Position numbers and translations under genes: made by a program. 64,000 nucleotides of DNA from positions 21,093,237-21,157,236 of the forward strand of contig NC_092672.1 of assembly GCF_964355755.1 (NCBI RefSeq), given 5' to 3'. This document shows, piece by piece, positions 1 to 11,194 of the stretch; the stretch's first letter is position 1, and each line of letters opens with the position of its first letter. The notes under the pieces were generated by a model. The model did not search any database and was not told the DNA's origin. It was given only the letters and a program-made list of their open reading frames with translations. The stretch is from Antedon mediterranea (Eukaryota > Animalia > Echinodermata).

Positions 1-1633
1 TGCCATTTCTAATGCCTTACTGTACTGTATATTTTTCCCCCTTCACCATAACAAATTTTTAAAACTCAATTTTTTAAAAACTGTTCTTCTTTTCTATTGT
101 TTGTGACTGATTCTAGTATGTCTTATCACTCAATAAATATTATTTACCACCAAAAACGTACATTGTCTCTATACTTACCTATATTTCCAGAGAACTTTAA
201 TTTTACCAGGAAAATGATTTAAATGAAAAGTAGAATCATTACCAAAAAAAAAAAAAACCATTATGTAGTTAAATGTAATAATGAGGGCACAATTATTGTT
301 ATTATTTTTTAGCGATTTCATGCATGGATTACCACAATGCTTTCTTATTTATGTTATAATTTAAGAATCTGTTTTTTAAAAATGATTTCATAATAAATAT
401 CTGCTAATTAATTAATTAATGTATGTTTAAAATTAAAAAACAAAAATGAAATTAATTCTAAATAGGCCATGTAGTTTTTCTTGGTCAGAATAGCATATAG
501 CTTGTCCTATATTGAATCCCAAATTCATAAGTTTTTATGTAGACTTGACAATATTATTTGCATACAAACCAGCAGCCACTTCCAGACATGAGGCACTTTT
601 GCGCTACCTAACAGGTAAAAGGCAACGCAATAGGGGGCGCAATTGCGTTTGCAAAGGAGTTCACAATAACACTGGAAGCTAAGTTTCTCAAACGTATGAC
701 CCCTTTTAGCAATGGGCTTAGCATCCAGTGAAGCTAAAATCCTCTCTAAAACTGTGCGATAAATCGTGACATTTTGATGCCGGACATAACTACTAATTTC
801 ACCCCATCATTTCCCACACTTGTGTTACCAAGTCCTTGGTAATATACCTCATAAATGCTGCACCTCCCCGTATGGAAATATTTAACAGTGACTTTTAATA
901 TATTCATACAGCAAAAACTGGATAACGAGATATGAAGCAACAAACAAAAATTTATATAAAAATATCTTACACAAAGAATGAATAGGTTCACATAAAAAAA
1001 ACTGATACATTCACTTTGTGGTGATTGGCCATTGTATTGGTCTAAGTTTCAAAATTACTTCACAAGCTTTGTTCGATCTCATTTTAAAAATAAACTTTCA
1101 ATGAACAATTCTGATAATTATTAGAACTGTGCATATACTGAACTTATACAAATGCACAGAGTAATTGTTTGTTTTTTATAATCGTCTACCGACTACTGTC
1201 TCATGTAAAACTTCTAGGTTCCTTACTCCAAACATGACTTTGAGTTAACAACTCATAAACTATTATTTTTTGATTGTTGAAAGAGAAATTGAACTTGAAT
1301 GTATCACCTGGTTTCCACCTTATACATCCTTGAAACTCATCAAGACCCAGATACAATCACTCATAAATTTATACAATTTATTGTAATACTTTCTATTATT
1401 TTGTATACATATTTCTTTTAATGCAAAATCAATCTGCACATGTTGTATGGTTCTTATCATCAGACCAGGTACATTGCACCTACTTTTATTTCATACCTTT
1501 TTCAAACTCATTGTCAACAGTTCTTAAACAAAATTTACTTCATTGTCTGTTTAAATATTTTGATTTTGATTATTATAATTTTTGATATGAATTGATTTTT
1601 TGTAAAACAACATAATATTAAGTACGATCTAGT

Positions 1634-1940
1634 GAGTGAGTGGCCGAGCGCTTAAGACAGTGGAACCGTAATTACGTAGCCATAACATCGGCAGGGGTTC
1701 GAGGCTCACTCACTCCATGGTTCTGGTGGTAGAACGAGTCTTCTCGGATAAGGACTATAAACCGTAGGTCTAGTGTACACATCTAGCTCGTGTGCACTTT
1801 AAAGAACCTAGTACATCTTTCGAGACGAGTAGGGTGTTACCCCGGTGTATTAGTACATCACAGCCACTGATCACCAACTGGGCCCTCTGGGAGACCAGTC
1901 TTTGACTTTACCCAGTATAAATATAAATTTCAATTTCAAA
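1634..1940 (+). mobile_element. tRNA-derived SINE, probably with a Deu/Nin-type central domain
   Basis: A box TGGCCGAGCG and B box GGTTCGAGGC. Core 'cggataaggactataaaccgtaggtc..taaagaacc..tcgagacgagtaggg' resembles the Deu domain. Short (TTTCAA) tail. The 3' part recurs at 62594-62687. Confidence 0.75.
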
Positions 1941-2699
1941 TCATTTTCTTTGCATCTTTTATTCACCACTGATGTAATAATGTTATGTTATTAATGCAAC
2001 TCTTAATAGGTCAAGGGTCAAATAATAAATATATATTGTTATTGTATACTATTTATTTTCACAATGTGGCTAGAGCAAACTATCATTTAACAATGTTATT
2101 GCTGCCATAGTTTACTTTAACGTATCTATATTGATGTTCATTTATATTCATAGTAAGTTGCAGATTTAATTATATACTCCTTGGTTGTTTAGGAAATTGT
2201 GCAATAACCACTATAAAATGGTTCCATTTCCAGTTCACAGAGTATTTAAACATTTCATAAGTTAATTACATTTGTTTTAAACATGCTTAAATGTCTAAAT
2301 AAAATAACTATTAATATCATGTTAATTATAATATTTGCATGATGATGCACAATATAAACACTGATATGTCTACATCATTCATGATTGTTTTTGTTTATTT
2401 GAAATTGGAATTTGCACTATTGCAGTATAGTAGAAGAATAGAGAAAGAGTAAAAAATTATAATCATAAAAGATTGCCTTTGTTAAAACCACAAGGGATTT
2501 AATAGATTACAGTTATGTATTGTTAGGAAAATACAGTTTTAGTTTACAGAAGATTGTACCCCTGGAACTCTTTAAGTAAAAAAAAAAGGTTAAATATTGG
2601 ATTCCCATATTGTTGTTTGAGTAGTGGTTTCCTTGATTACTTTTTTCCCTTAAAAATATTCAGTATGGTTTATGCACATTATTGTCTTTTTTTTTCTAG

Positions 2700-2819
2700 G
2701 ATGGTGACACAGCCCTGCATTTCTGTGCTATGAGTGATCTTACTTACGATGAGCACAGAAACACTATGGTGTGTTTGATAAAGGCTCATGGTAGAGGTAT
2801 TATTTCAAATAAAAATAAG
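2700..2819 (+). CDS. Exon: ankyrin repeat (DGDTALHFCAMSDLTYDEHRNTMVCLIKAHGRGIISNKNK)
   Basis: Polypyrimidine tract + TAG acceptor, AAG|GTAAAC donor, phase 0-0, G-x-TALH motif. Confidence 0.85.
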
Positions 2820-3490
2820 GTAAACTATTTGAGTTAAAACAATTAGAATAATAACAATACTTTTATTAAATAAAAATTAAATGATATTCATTTTTCATAA
2901 GAGTACTCTTTTTGTAAATGTTGGACCTGTTTATTCCATAACATATTTTCATGCTATTTGTAAACATCCATAGGCCAATTTATACTTTCCTCCTACCCTG
3001 TAAGTTATGACATAATATTAATAATTAGATTAAATCAGATATATTAATTCCAGGTTATGATCAAAGGTATTACCTTAATGATTAAATATGTGATAGTGTA
3101 TGCTTTTGCAATGATTATAGTTAATATTTTTAGAATGAAGTGTTCTTGATAAATGTTGTATAGCTGTACCAAAATACTTTATTTCCTTCTCAATATTGTT
3201 GTTCATAGTGCTAAACTGACCATCTAATTTGAATGCATTGAACTTTATACATTCACTTTTATTTATTTGCTTTTACATATTTATTATTTTATTAAATATG
3301 TCTAATTTGAATGAAATACAAATAATAATATTAATTCTACCGTATATCAATCATTGTTTTATTTACATTTTTAGTTTATGAAAAGTAGAAACTTGAGGAT
3401 TGTCACAGTCATGCCTATTGTTTTTATGATGAATTTTGTAATCACTAATTTTATACTTGGATTCTTACATTTTATATCTTTGATTGTCAG

Positions 3491-3587
3491 AATGGCAAAT
3501 CTGTTATTGATTTGTACATTACAAATGTATGTGGAAAATATGAAGATGTCAAATCCCAAAAGGAAGAAGTAATGAAATTGTTGAAAG
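3491..3587 (+). CDS. Exon: ankyrin C-terminal cap-like segment (NGKSVIDLY...EEVMKLLK)
   Basis: CAG acceptor, open frame continuing from the previous exon, G|GTTTGA donor in phase 1 matching the next exon. Confidence 0.7.
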
Positions 3588-4239
3588 GTTTGAAAGTTTA
3601 AATACAGTACAAAACAAGTTTGTTCCACAAAATGCTTTGATAAGTAATCTTGAAAGCAGTGATTACCCATCCCAAATTGAAATAATAATAATGCCTATAT
3701 CAAACAAATAGAATTTATTACAGTTATAATAATAAGAATAATTTCTTTTATGTATTTATATATACATCGTTGATTTTACAGAAAGTAAAATAGATCAATT
3801 AATTTCAAAGAACACCATCTCAAAAAGAACCCTATCCAATTGCTGATTACCTAGATTGTTTTACTCATTTATTACATTAAACAATACTATTATATTGATG
3901 AATTTGGTTAAAAACTGTTTTTTTTATATTAGTATAAAATTAACAAAAACAGCATTCTTAATCTGTTTCTTGCCTTCTTTGTTATTCTTATTTGTATTGT
4001 ATTGTATTTTAATCTATAGCATATCATAATACAAAAATACAAAATTAAAATACAAAAATACAATTCTCTGATTGTTTATTGAAGGAATTAATATAAAGCA
4101 TAATTGCCTGCCTAAAAGTTACTTTGCAAAATAAAATGTTTAAAATGTTGATCTTTATCTTATTTCCAATATGGTATGTCTTTTTTTTATTATGAAGGAG
4201 CTTCATCAACTTTATATCATATATTCTACTTTCTTTTAG

Positions 4240-4275
4240 GTGGACCTTTACCAGAAATATATTTCACATCATCAG
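4240..4275 (+). CDS. Linker micro-exon (GPLPEIYFTSS)
   Basis: ttcttttAG acceptor, CAG|GTATGA donor, 36 nt, phase 1-1. Confidence 0.7.
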
Positions 4276-4596
4276 GTATGAGTATTCACCCATACCATGT
4301 CATACTTCGTGACATGATTTGACACCCTTTAGTGTGTAATAAAGAATGTAGAATTATTTACATTTTTACGCAAAAATTGTTTCTTTAAACTACATTGTCA
4401 TTATTCAGTCTACAATCCTTTATGAGGAATATTTCAGCCCAGAGCTGCAATTTAACCCAGGACTACATGATTCAAAGGCAAACATGTTACTTGGGAAGCT
4501 GGGATGAAATCTGTTTAAACCATATGTACTTTCATATTTAAAATTGCTATAATATATTATCTTTTGAGAATTATTAGAATATCTTTTTTTTTGTAG

Positions 4597-4848
4597 ATAT
4601 AACAACTAAAGATTTTATACATGTAGCTAACAACATGTTCAATCAGTTTGAAGAACTAGCAGAATGTCTTGGATTCAAGCAGGAAGATATTGATTCTTTC
4701 CTGGTCAATTCACTTAGCAAAACAGATTCAATGTATAAGATGCTGAACACCTGGTACAAGACAGTACAAGTTACTGAGTCCAGGCGTTCACAACTTTGTG
4801 AAGCTGTCAGGAAAGCAGGCCGACATGATTTGGCTGATGAAGTTGAAA
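4597..4848 (+). CDS. Exon: death domain 1
   Basis: 252-nt phase 1-1 exon; FEELAECLGF..DID..MYKMLNTW..LCEAVRKAGRHDLADEV is the typical death-fold pattern; GTAAGT donor. Confidence 0.9.
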
Positions 4849-5327
4849 GTAAGTGAGACATTCCAGGTTAGGTTACTTCCCTCAAACCTTCAAACTGACT
4901 ATTTCATAACTTTAAGGGGAAGATTTGTTAAGAGACAGCTGCAGTAAAAGTTTTAAAAAATCCAACAACACAATATTATCCTTGATTTTAAAATTAAACA
5001 TATACAAATTAAGCTAACTAACAATATGAGAACAAATTAAACAAATGAATATAGTATACCATATAAGTCCATTTCTCCTGTCTCATGAAGGAAGGGGATT
5101 ATCAACAATGGATTAACATATATACATTATTTTCATTTTAGAACTAATGAGCCTACTTTAATTTTGCAAAAATACTGAATACACAATATGTATACATACA
5201 ACATTTTTTTGTTAATTTCAGATCTAGCTTTACTGTATTAGTTGTATTTTATTGTTTAAATAATAAAATGTAGAACTGTATGTGCTTAATAAACTGTATA
5301 ACTAATACTTATTTTATTTCTGAGTAG

Positions 5328-5493
5328 AAATAGACATCCCTTATGCAATATCTGCTCGTGGTAAAGAAGTTGAAAAAGCTTACATTGAAGCATTGAAAGA
5401 AGGTCAAGTTGAAGTGAATCTTGGAATGGTTAAAGTGATTGGTCAGGAAGGTGTGGGCAAAACTTGCCTGATCAATGCTTGTCTTGGAAAGAA
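5328..5493 (+). CDS. Exon: Roc GTPase N-terminus with P-loop
   Basis: IPYAISARGKEVEKAYIEALKEG..VKVIGQEGVGKTCLINACLG; GTAAGT donor, phase 1-2. Missed by the ORF track. Confidence 0.9.
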
Positions 5494-5737
5494 GTAAGTA
5501 TAAGTTAAGCTTAGAAATAATGATAATAGTGTTATAGTATTGTAACATTTTATCTGCCTGGATGAGGTATTTTCAAGTTTGAGTTAATTGGTATCTGGTA
5601 ATAGTCTGGTATCTTTGGAGGATCAAACTGGACTGCCTACCATGTGGGTTTCTCCCTTGAAATGTTACCATATCTATCCACCAATCAGCAGTCTCACAGC
5701 AGGACTGTTCCATAAATAAAGTGGTTTCAAAGTCTTA

Positions 5738-6094
5738 AGGCCCATTTAAACTAGGACAATAACGATCAATGATAAATATATAAGCATGAATGTCTCTTAC
5801 ATAAAACAAAAGAAATAGAGACGTATTTTTTTCTAAAACTAGTGGATTTATGCTGTTTTGATAAAAATAATATTTGTTAAAATCCAATCAAATGACGTCA
5901 TGCATAATAAAACAAAAAATATTGTATTGTCACAGTATTATTGCTCTTACTAATCATGACGTCATTTGTTTGGACGTGTGAAAGGAAGCAAAGAAGGTTA
6001 TCCTTTAGTTTTACATTTTATATATATTTTGTTTTATGTATGAACAATGCATATTTATCTATTGATCGTTATCATCCTAGTGTAAATGGGCGTT
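5738..6094. mobile_element. MITE, PIF/Harbinger-like
   Basis: Imperfect ~30-bp terminal inverted repeats (ggcccatttaaactaggacaataacgatc / gatcgttatcatcctagtgtaaatgggcg) in TTA/TAA context. Confidence 0.55.
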
Positions 6095-6193
6095 TACATA
6101 GGGCTATCAAATTAATTTTAAAAAAAAACTAATTTTGCTACAGTATAAAAACTTCAATCAGTGTATCTAATAATAAATGTTTTAATATATACA

Positions 6194-6704
6194 TATATAA
6201 ACACAAGAGGCAAAGAACATTAATTCTAAACCGCCCGGTGATATACTGAAATTTAATTAATTAATTTGAAACGATAAAGATGAGGAAATCTGTGAGAATG
6301 AGAAAAAGTCGCCCCAACCGAGACTCGAACTCGGACCGCCTGCTTGATATGCAGATGTCCTAACCATTAGACCACTGGGGCTTTCATGGTATTGTTCGAA
6401 CTCGATTGGATAACGACTCTTTAACATTCTCGGCGTGGTACGGCGGAACAGCACTAGTCCTCAGTTGTACGCACGCGCAACAGAGATCAAATTGATACGC
6501 CCTCATCTTTCAGTATTTTTATTCACGAGGCGGGATCTTCGAAGAGATACTTTTATATAAACACAAGAGGCAAAGAACATTAATTCTAAACCGCCCGGTG
6601 ATATACTGAAATTTAATTAATTAATTTGAAACGATAAAGATGAGGAAATCTGTAAGAATGAGAAAAAGTCGCCCCAACTGAGAATGAGAAAAAGTCGCCC
6701 CAAC
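6194..6704. repeat. Partial tandem duplication, period 360 bp, surrounding the tRNA-like sequence
   Basis: 6194-6318 is repeated almost exactly at 6554-6678; a 25-bp piece is repeated again to 6704. Confidence 0.9.
6310..6381 (-). tRNA. tRNA-like gene with anticodon ATC (Asp-type); possibly a repeat-borne tRNA or pseudogene
   Basis: Minus strand GCCCCAGTGGTCTAATGGTTAGGACATCTGCATATCAAGCAGGCGGTCCGAGTTCGAGTCTCGGTTGGGGCG folds as a cloverleaf with A and B boxes and is followed by a T5 run. Confidence 0.65.
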
Positions 6705-6974
6705 ATACATATATACAATGCTTTTACCTTTATATCTAAACATTAAAATGTTTTTTGATCTAATTAATGATTTGACCACATTTTTCATATTAGGAAAGCT
6801 AATATATATATATAACTACTTTATAGTATTTGTTTGTTTAACACATGCTTTATCTAAAATATTCAAGCAAACATACCAACAAGCAAATTACGACTTTGAT
6901 GAATTTATTTAATGTTAAACAACTTTATCTAAATTCATACTTGGATGACCAATAATGTTTTTATTATATTTCAG

Positions 6975-7081
6975 TTTTAACAAAGAGCATTTAATAACAG
7001 ATGGTATTGCCGTGATTAAAACAGTAGAAACAAAGGCTTAAGAACAAAAAAACTGGACAGCGGATCTTACAGATGATTGTG
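6975..7081 (+). pseudogene. Duplicated switch-I exon, copy A, with in-frame TAA
   Basis: 107 nt, near-identical to 7137-7243; AAA>TAA at 7039-7041; splice sites retained. Confidence 0.85.
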
Positions 7082-7136
7082 GTAAAAATGAATAAATTAA
7101 AGAATCGATAATGTTTTTGTATAAATTATATTTCAG

Positions 7137-7243
7137 ATTTAACAAAGAGCATTTAATAACAGATGGTATTGCTGTGATTAAAACAGTAGAAACAAAGGCT
7201 AAAGAACAAAACAACTGGACAGAGGATCTTACAGATGATTGTG
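7137..7243 (+). CDS. Exon: Roc switch I, copy B (FNKEHLITDGIAVIKTV...)
   Basis: tttcAG acceptor, phase 2-1, open; TDGI matches the Roc G2 motif. Confidence 0.85.
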
Positions 7244-7624
7244 GTAAAAATGAATAAATTAAAGTATCATCATCATTATCCTCATCAAAGTAGACAAGCA
7301 AAATGAAGAGGGATAGATCATAAAGTCAGTCCATTTAAAGTGTGGCATTGTGTTTAATATTAGTGTTCATATACTGTAATTCACCAAGTTCAATTTTCAG
7401 GAATAAATCATATCATTTCCTTAATAAATCTAATTAATTTAATTAACAATGGCTCTAACAAACTTTTCCTAAAAACTAAAATTAATTAAGCAACATTGTA
7501 ACAAATCCATCACTTAAATATCTCCTTAATATTCAGTAAAATATAAATAGTTATTAGTGAGAAACTGAAAACTAAATGATAGCACATATTGTTATTAAAG
7601 GCAGAACAATTTGTGTATTTGTAA

Positions 7625-9199
7625 AGCCCCTTTCTCACAGATGTGCCTGCAATATACCGGTATGATGCTGGCACCATGCCGGTATCGTTACCGGCATATA
7701 CCCATTCTCATCGGACTATCGTGCCGGAAATATAACCGGAATATACCGGCTTTCTGTGAGAAAGGAGTCGGGCATATTCGGCCAATAAAAAGTCTCTGAC
7801 AAAATAATTATTGAGGGCGTCCTTTATTGTTATTATTTTTGTCTAGCGATTATGGCGGCGAATTATAAGTCACAGATTATTATCTTCCTTTATAGCATAT
7901 TTATGCAATACTTGCTATGTACAGTATATTGTGCATATATTATACAGGTACAGCAATTAATTAGCCGTCATCAGCAATCTGTAAAACACCTTCGAAGGCT
8001 GTACAATTTACAAGGCAAGGCGACGAAGGGTCAGGCACCAATAAACAAATAGCTATGAATGGCCTATGTCTATAGATTATGCTACAAATTTCTTCTTGTC
8101 CCCTTATTTTAAGCAGCTCTCTTATCTCATTATCCCTCCAGTTCGACATTATTATTGTTAGGCCTAATTGAATTGAATCGGCTCCAAAGTGATACACTTG
8201 ACCGCGCAAGGTGTCAAAGCCTCGACGGGGAATTAAATATACGCCGTGGTTAGGATTCCGGCACCGGAACTCAACTGCCCAGCGTTAGGGAATCCGACAC
8301 GCTATTGCGCATGCCCAGAGCGAGGTAATCGGCGACTCATACCTATCAACAACAGCGATGGATCATTTCATAGCTGCGCCACACGGCGAACTAGCCTAGA
8401 TGCCTACTAATTTGGTATCCACTAATCTAGGCTAGGGCTACCAGTTAGACGTGACCAGTGGGCCTATTTATTTTTTAATTAAATAGTGGTTGCTTCATTC
8501 ATATATAAACTTCATATCATTATGAATTATATAATTACATGACTAGTTTTATGATTTTTCATAACGCATTATACTGTACATAACAACATGCAATCACAAG
8601 TTGATTTGTTGACGGCAGCCACCGCGTGGATGTGAAAACTGTTCGGAAAGTCAGGGTCGCAACGCTAAAAACAGCATTACGATTCTTAGATAGATATTAA
8701 TATCATTATAATTATTTTAACGCGTGGCGTAGTCGTATTTTAATTATTAATTCATGTATGGCATAGGCCAAGTTTCATCCATCGCTCTCTCGCTCGCGCA
8801 ACGACTATCTAGGCTACAGTAAATCCCTATAACACTCCGACTCTCGGTGGTGTGGTGTGTGTGGCACTCTATAAGTGCAAGCTATAATTCACTTCCCAGA
8901 GCTATGAGCATGCGCAATAGCGTGTCGGATTCCCTAACGGTGGGCAGTTGAGTTCCGGTGCCGGAATCCTAACCACGGCGTTAAACATAACCCCGGCCGG
9001 AATATAACGGCGAACACGTTCTCACAGAATGCCCGTCTGGCATTGCGGGGAATATCCCTAGAATATTACTAGGTCTAAAGCAGGTCATGTCGATGCCGGT
9101 ATGATGCCAAGACGGCCCGTTCTCACAGAAAACCATACCGGCATGGTAATGGTATATTCCCGCAATATTCCTAGCACACAGCTCTGTGAGAAAGGGGCT
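7625..9199 (-). mobile_element. Non-autonomous PIF/Harbinger-like element carrying a Myb/SANT-like ORF fragment
   Basis: TIR AGCCCCTTTCTCACAGA at both ends; flanks TAA/TAG. Minus-strand fragment MSNWRDNEIRELLKIRGQEEI resembles the start of a Harbinger Myb/SANT protein. Confidence 0.7.
8242..8980. mobile_element. Nested MULE/Mutator-like MITE
   Basis: ~75-bp near-perfect TIRs (CGCCGTGGTTAGGATTCCGGCACCGGAACTC...); 9-bp flanking duplication ttaaatata/ttaaacata. Confidence 0.75.
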
Positions 9200-9490
9200 T
9201 AGAAGTTTTTAAACCATTATAATACAGTATAACATGAATTGTTTGTAGGTTACTTTTATTTTCAATTTCAACAAGGAATTTTAATTTGATACAACCACAC
9301 TTAAGTGTTAAAATTATAATGATAATACAGTCTTTTCAAAATGAGGAGTAAGCTTGTTTCATGTTTTTGAGAAAATAAAGTTGAATATTTTTTACTTTGT
9401 AAAGAGTTCCACAACTTGCTATATTGTACAGCCCCAAAATAAGATTTTATTATAGACAATTACATAATAAAAACTGGTATTCATTTTCAG

Positions 9491-9603
9491 GAAATCCAAT
9501 TGAATTGTATAGAAGACTTGCTAAAGAAAATATCAGTAAAACAATAGAAGATAATAAAAAAGGTGTAGCAGCAGCAAGTAAGCCTCACAGCTCAACTGAA
9601 AAG
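9491..9603 (+). CDS. Exon: Roc insertion region (GNPIELYRRLAKENISKTIEDNKKG...STEK)
   Basis: ttttcAG acceptor, phase 1-0, AAG|GTATGT donor that is also the first unit of the minisatellite. Confidence 0.8.
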
Positions 9604-11194
9604 GTATGTACACACTATAACAAAAGGTATGTACACACTATAACAACAGGTGTGTACACACTATAACAAAAGGTATGTACACAATATAACAAAAGGTATG
9701 TACACACTATAACAAAAGGTATGTACACACTATAACAAAAGGTGTGTACACACTATAACAAAAGGTGTGTACACACTATAACAAAAGGTGTGTACACACT
9801 ATAACAAAAGGTGTGTACACACTATAACAAAAGGTATGTACACACTATAACAAAAGGCATGTACACACTATAACAAAAGGTGTGTACACACTATAACAAA
9901 AGGTGTGTACACACTATAACAAAAGGTGTGTACACACTATAACAAAAGGTGTGTACACACTATAACAAAAGGTATGTACACACTATAACAAAAGGTATGT
10001 ACACACTATAACAAAAGGTATGTACACACTATAACAAAAGGTGTGTACACACTATAACAAAAGGTGTGTACACACTATAACAAAAGGTATGTACACACTA
10101 TAAGAAAAGGTATGTACACACTATAACAAAAGGTGTGTACACACTATAAAAGGTATGTACACACTATAACAAAAGGTGTGTACACACTATAACAAAAGGT
10201 GTGTACACACTATAACAAAAGGTGTGTACACACTATAACAAAAGGTATGTACACACTATAACAAAAGGTATGTACACACTATAACAAAAGGTATGTACAC
10301 AATACAACAAAAGGTATGTACACACTATAACAAAAGGTGTGTACACACTATAACAAAAGGTATGTACACAATATAACAAAAGGTATGTACACACTATAAC
10401 AAAAGGTATGTACACACTATAACAACAGGTGTGTACACACTATAACAAATGGTATGTACACACTATAACAAAATGTGTGTACACACTATAACAAAAGGTA
10501 TGTACACACTATAACAAAAGGTATGTACACACTATAACAAAAGGTATGTACACACTATAACAAAAGGTATGTACACACTATAACAAAAGGTGCGTACACA
10601 ATATAACAAAAGGTGTGTACACACTATAACAAAAGGTATGTACACACTATAAGAAAAGGTATGTACACACTATAACAAAAGGTGTGTACACACTATAAAA
10701 GGTATGTACACACTATAACAAAAGGTGTGTACACACTATAACAAAAGGTGTGTACACACTATAACAAAAGGTGTGTACACACTATAACAAAAGGTATGTA
10801 CACACTATAACAAAAGGTATGTACACACTATAACAAAAGGTATGTACACAATACAACAAAAGGTATGTACACACTATAACAAAAGGTGTGTACACACTAT
10901 AACAAAAGGTATGTACACACTATAACAAAAGGTATGTACACACTATAACAAAAGGTATGTACACACTATAACAAAAGGTATGTACACACTATAAGAAAAG
11001 GTATGTACACACTATAACAAAAGGTATGTACACACTATAACAAAAGGTGTGTACACACTATAACAAAAGGTGTGTACACACTATAACAAAAGGTATGTAC
11101 ACACTATAACAAAAGGTGTGTACACACTATAATAAAAGGTGTGTACACACTATAACAAAAGGTATGTACACACTATAACAAAAGGTATGTACAC

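Noticed and set aside
4643-4861. Minus-strand ORFs over coding exons (also 5309-5548, 7038-7301, 21260-21907, 29874-30134)
   Set aside because: Antisense shadows of real + strand coding sequence.
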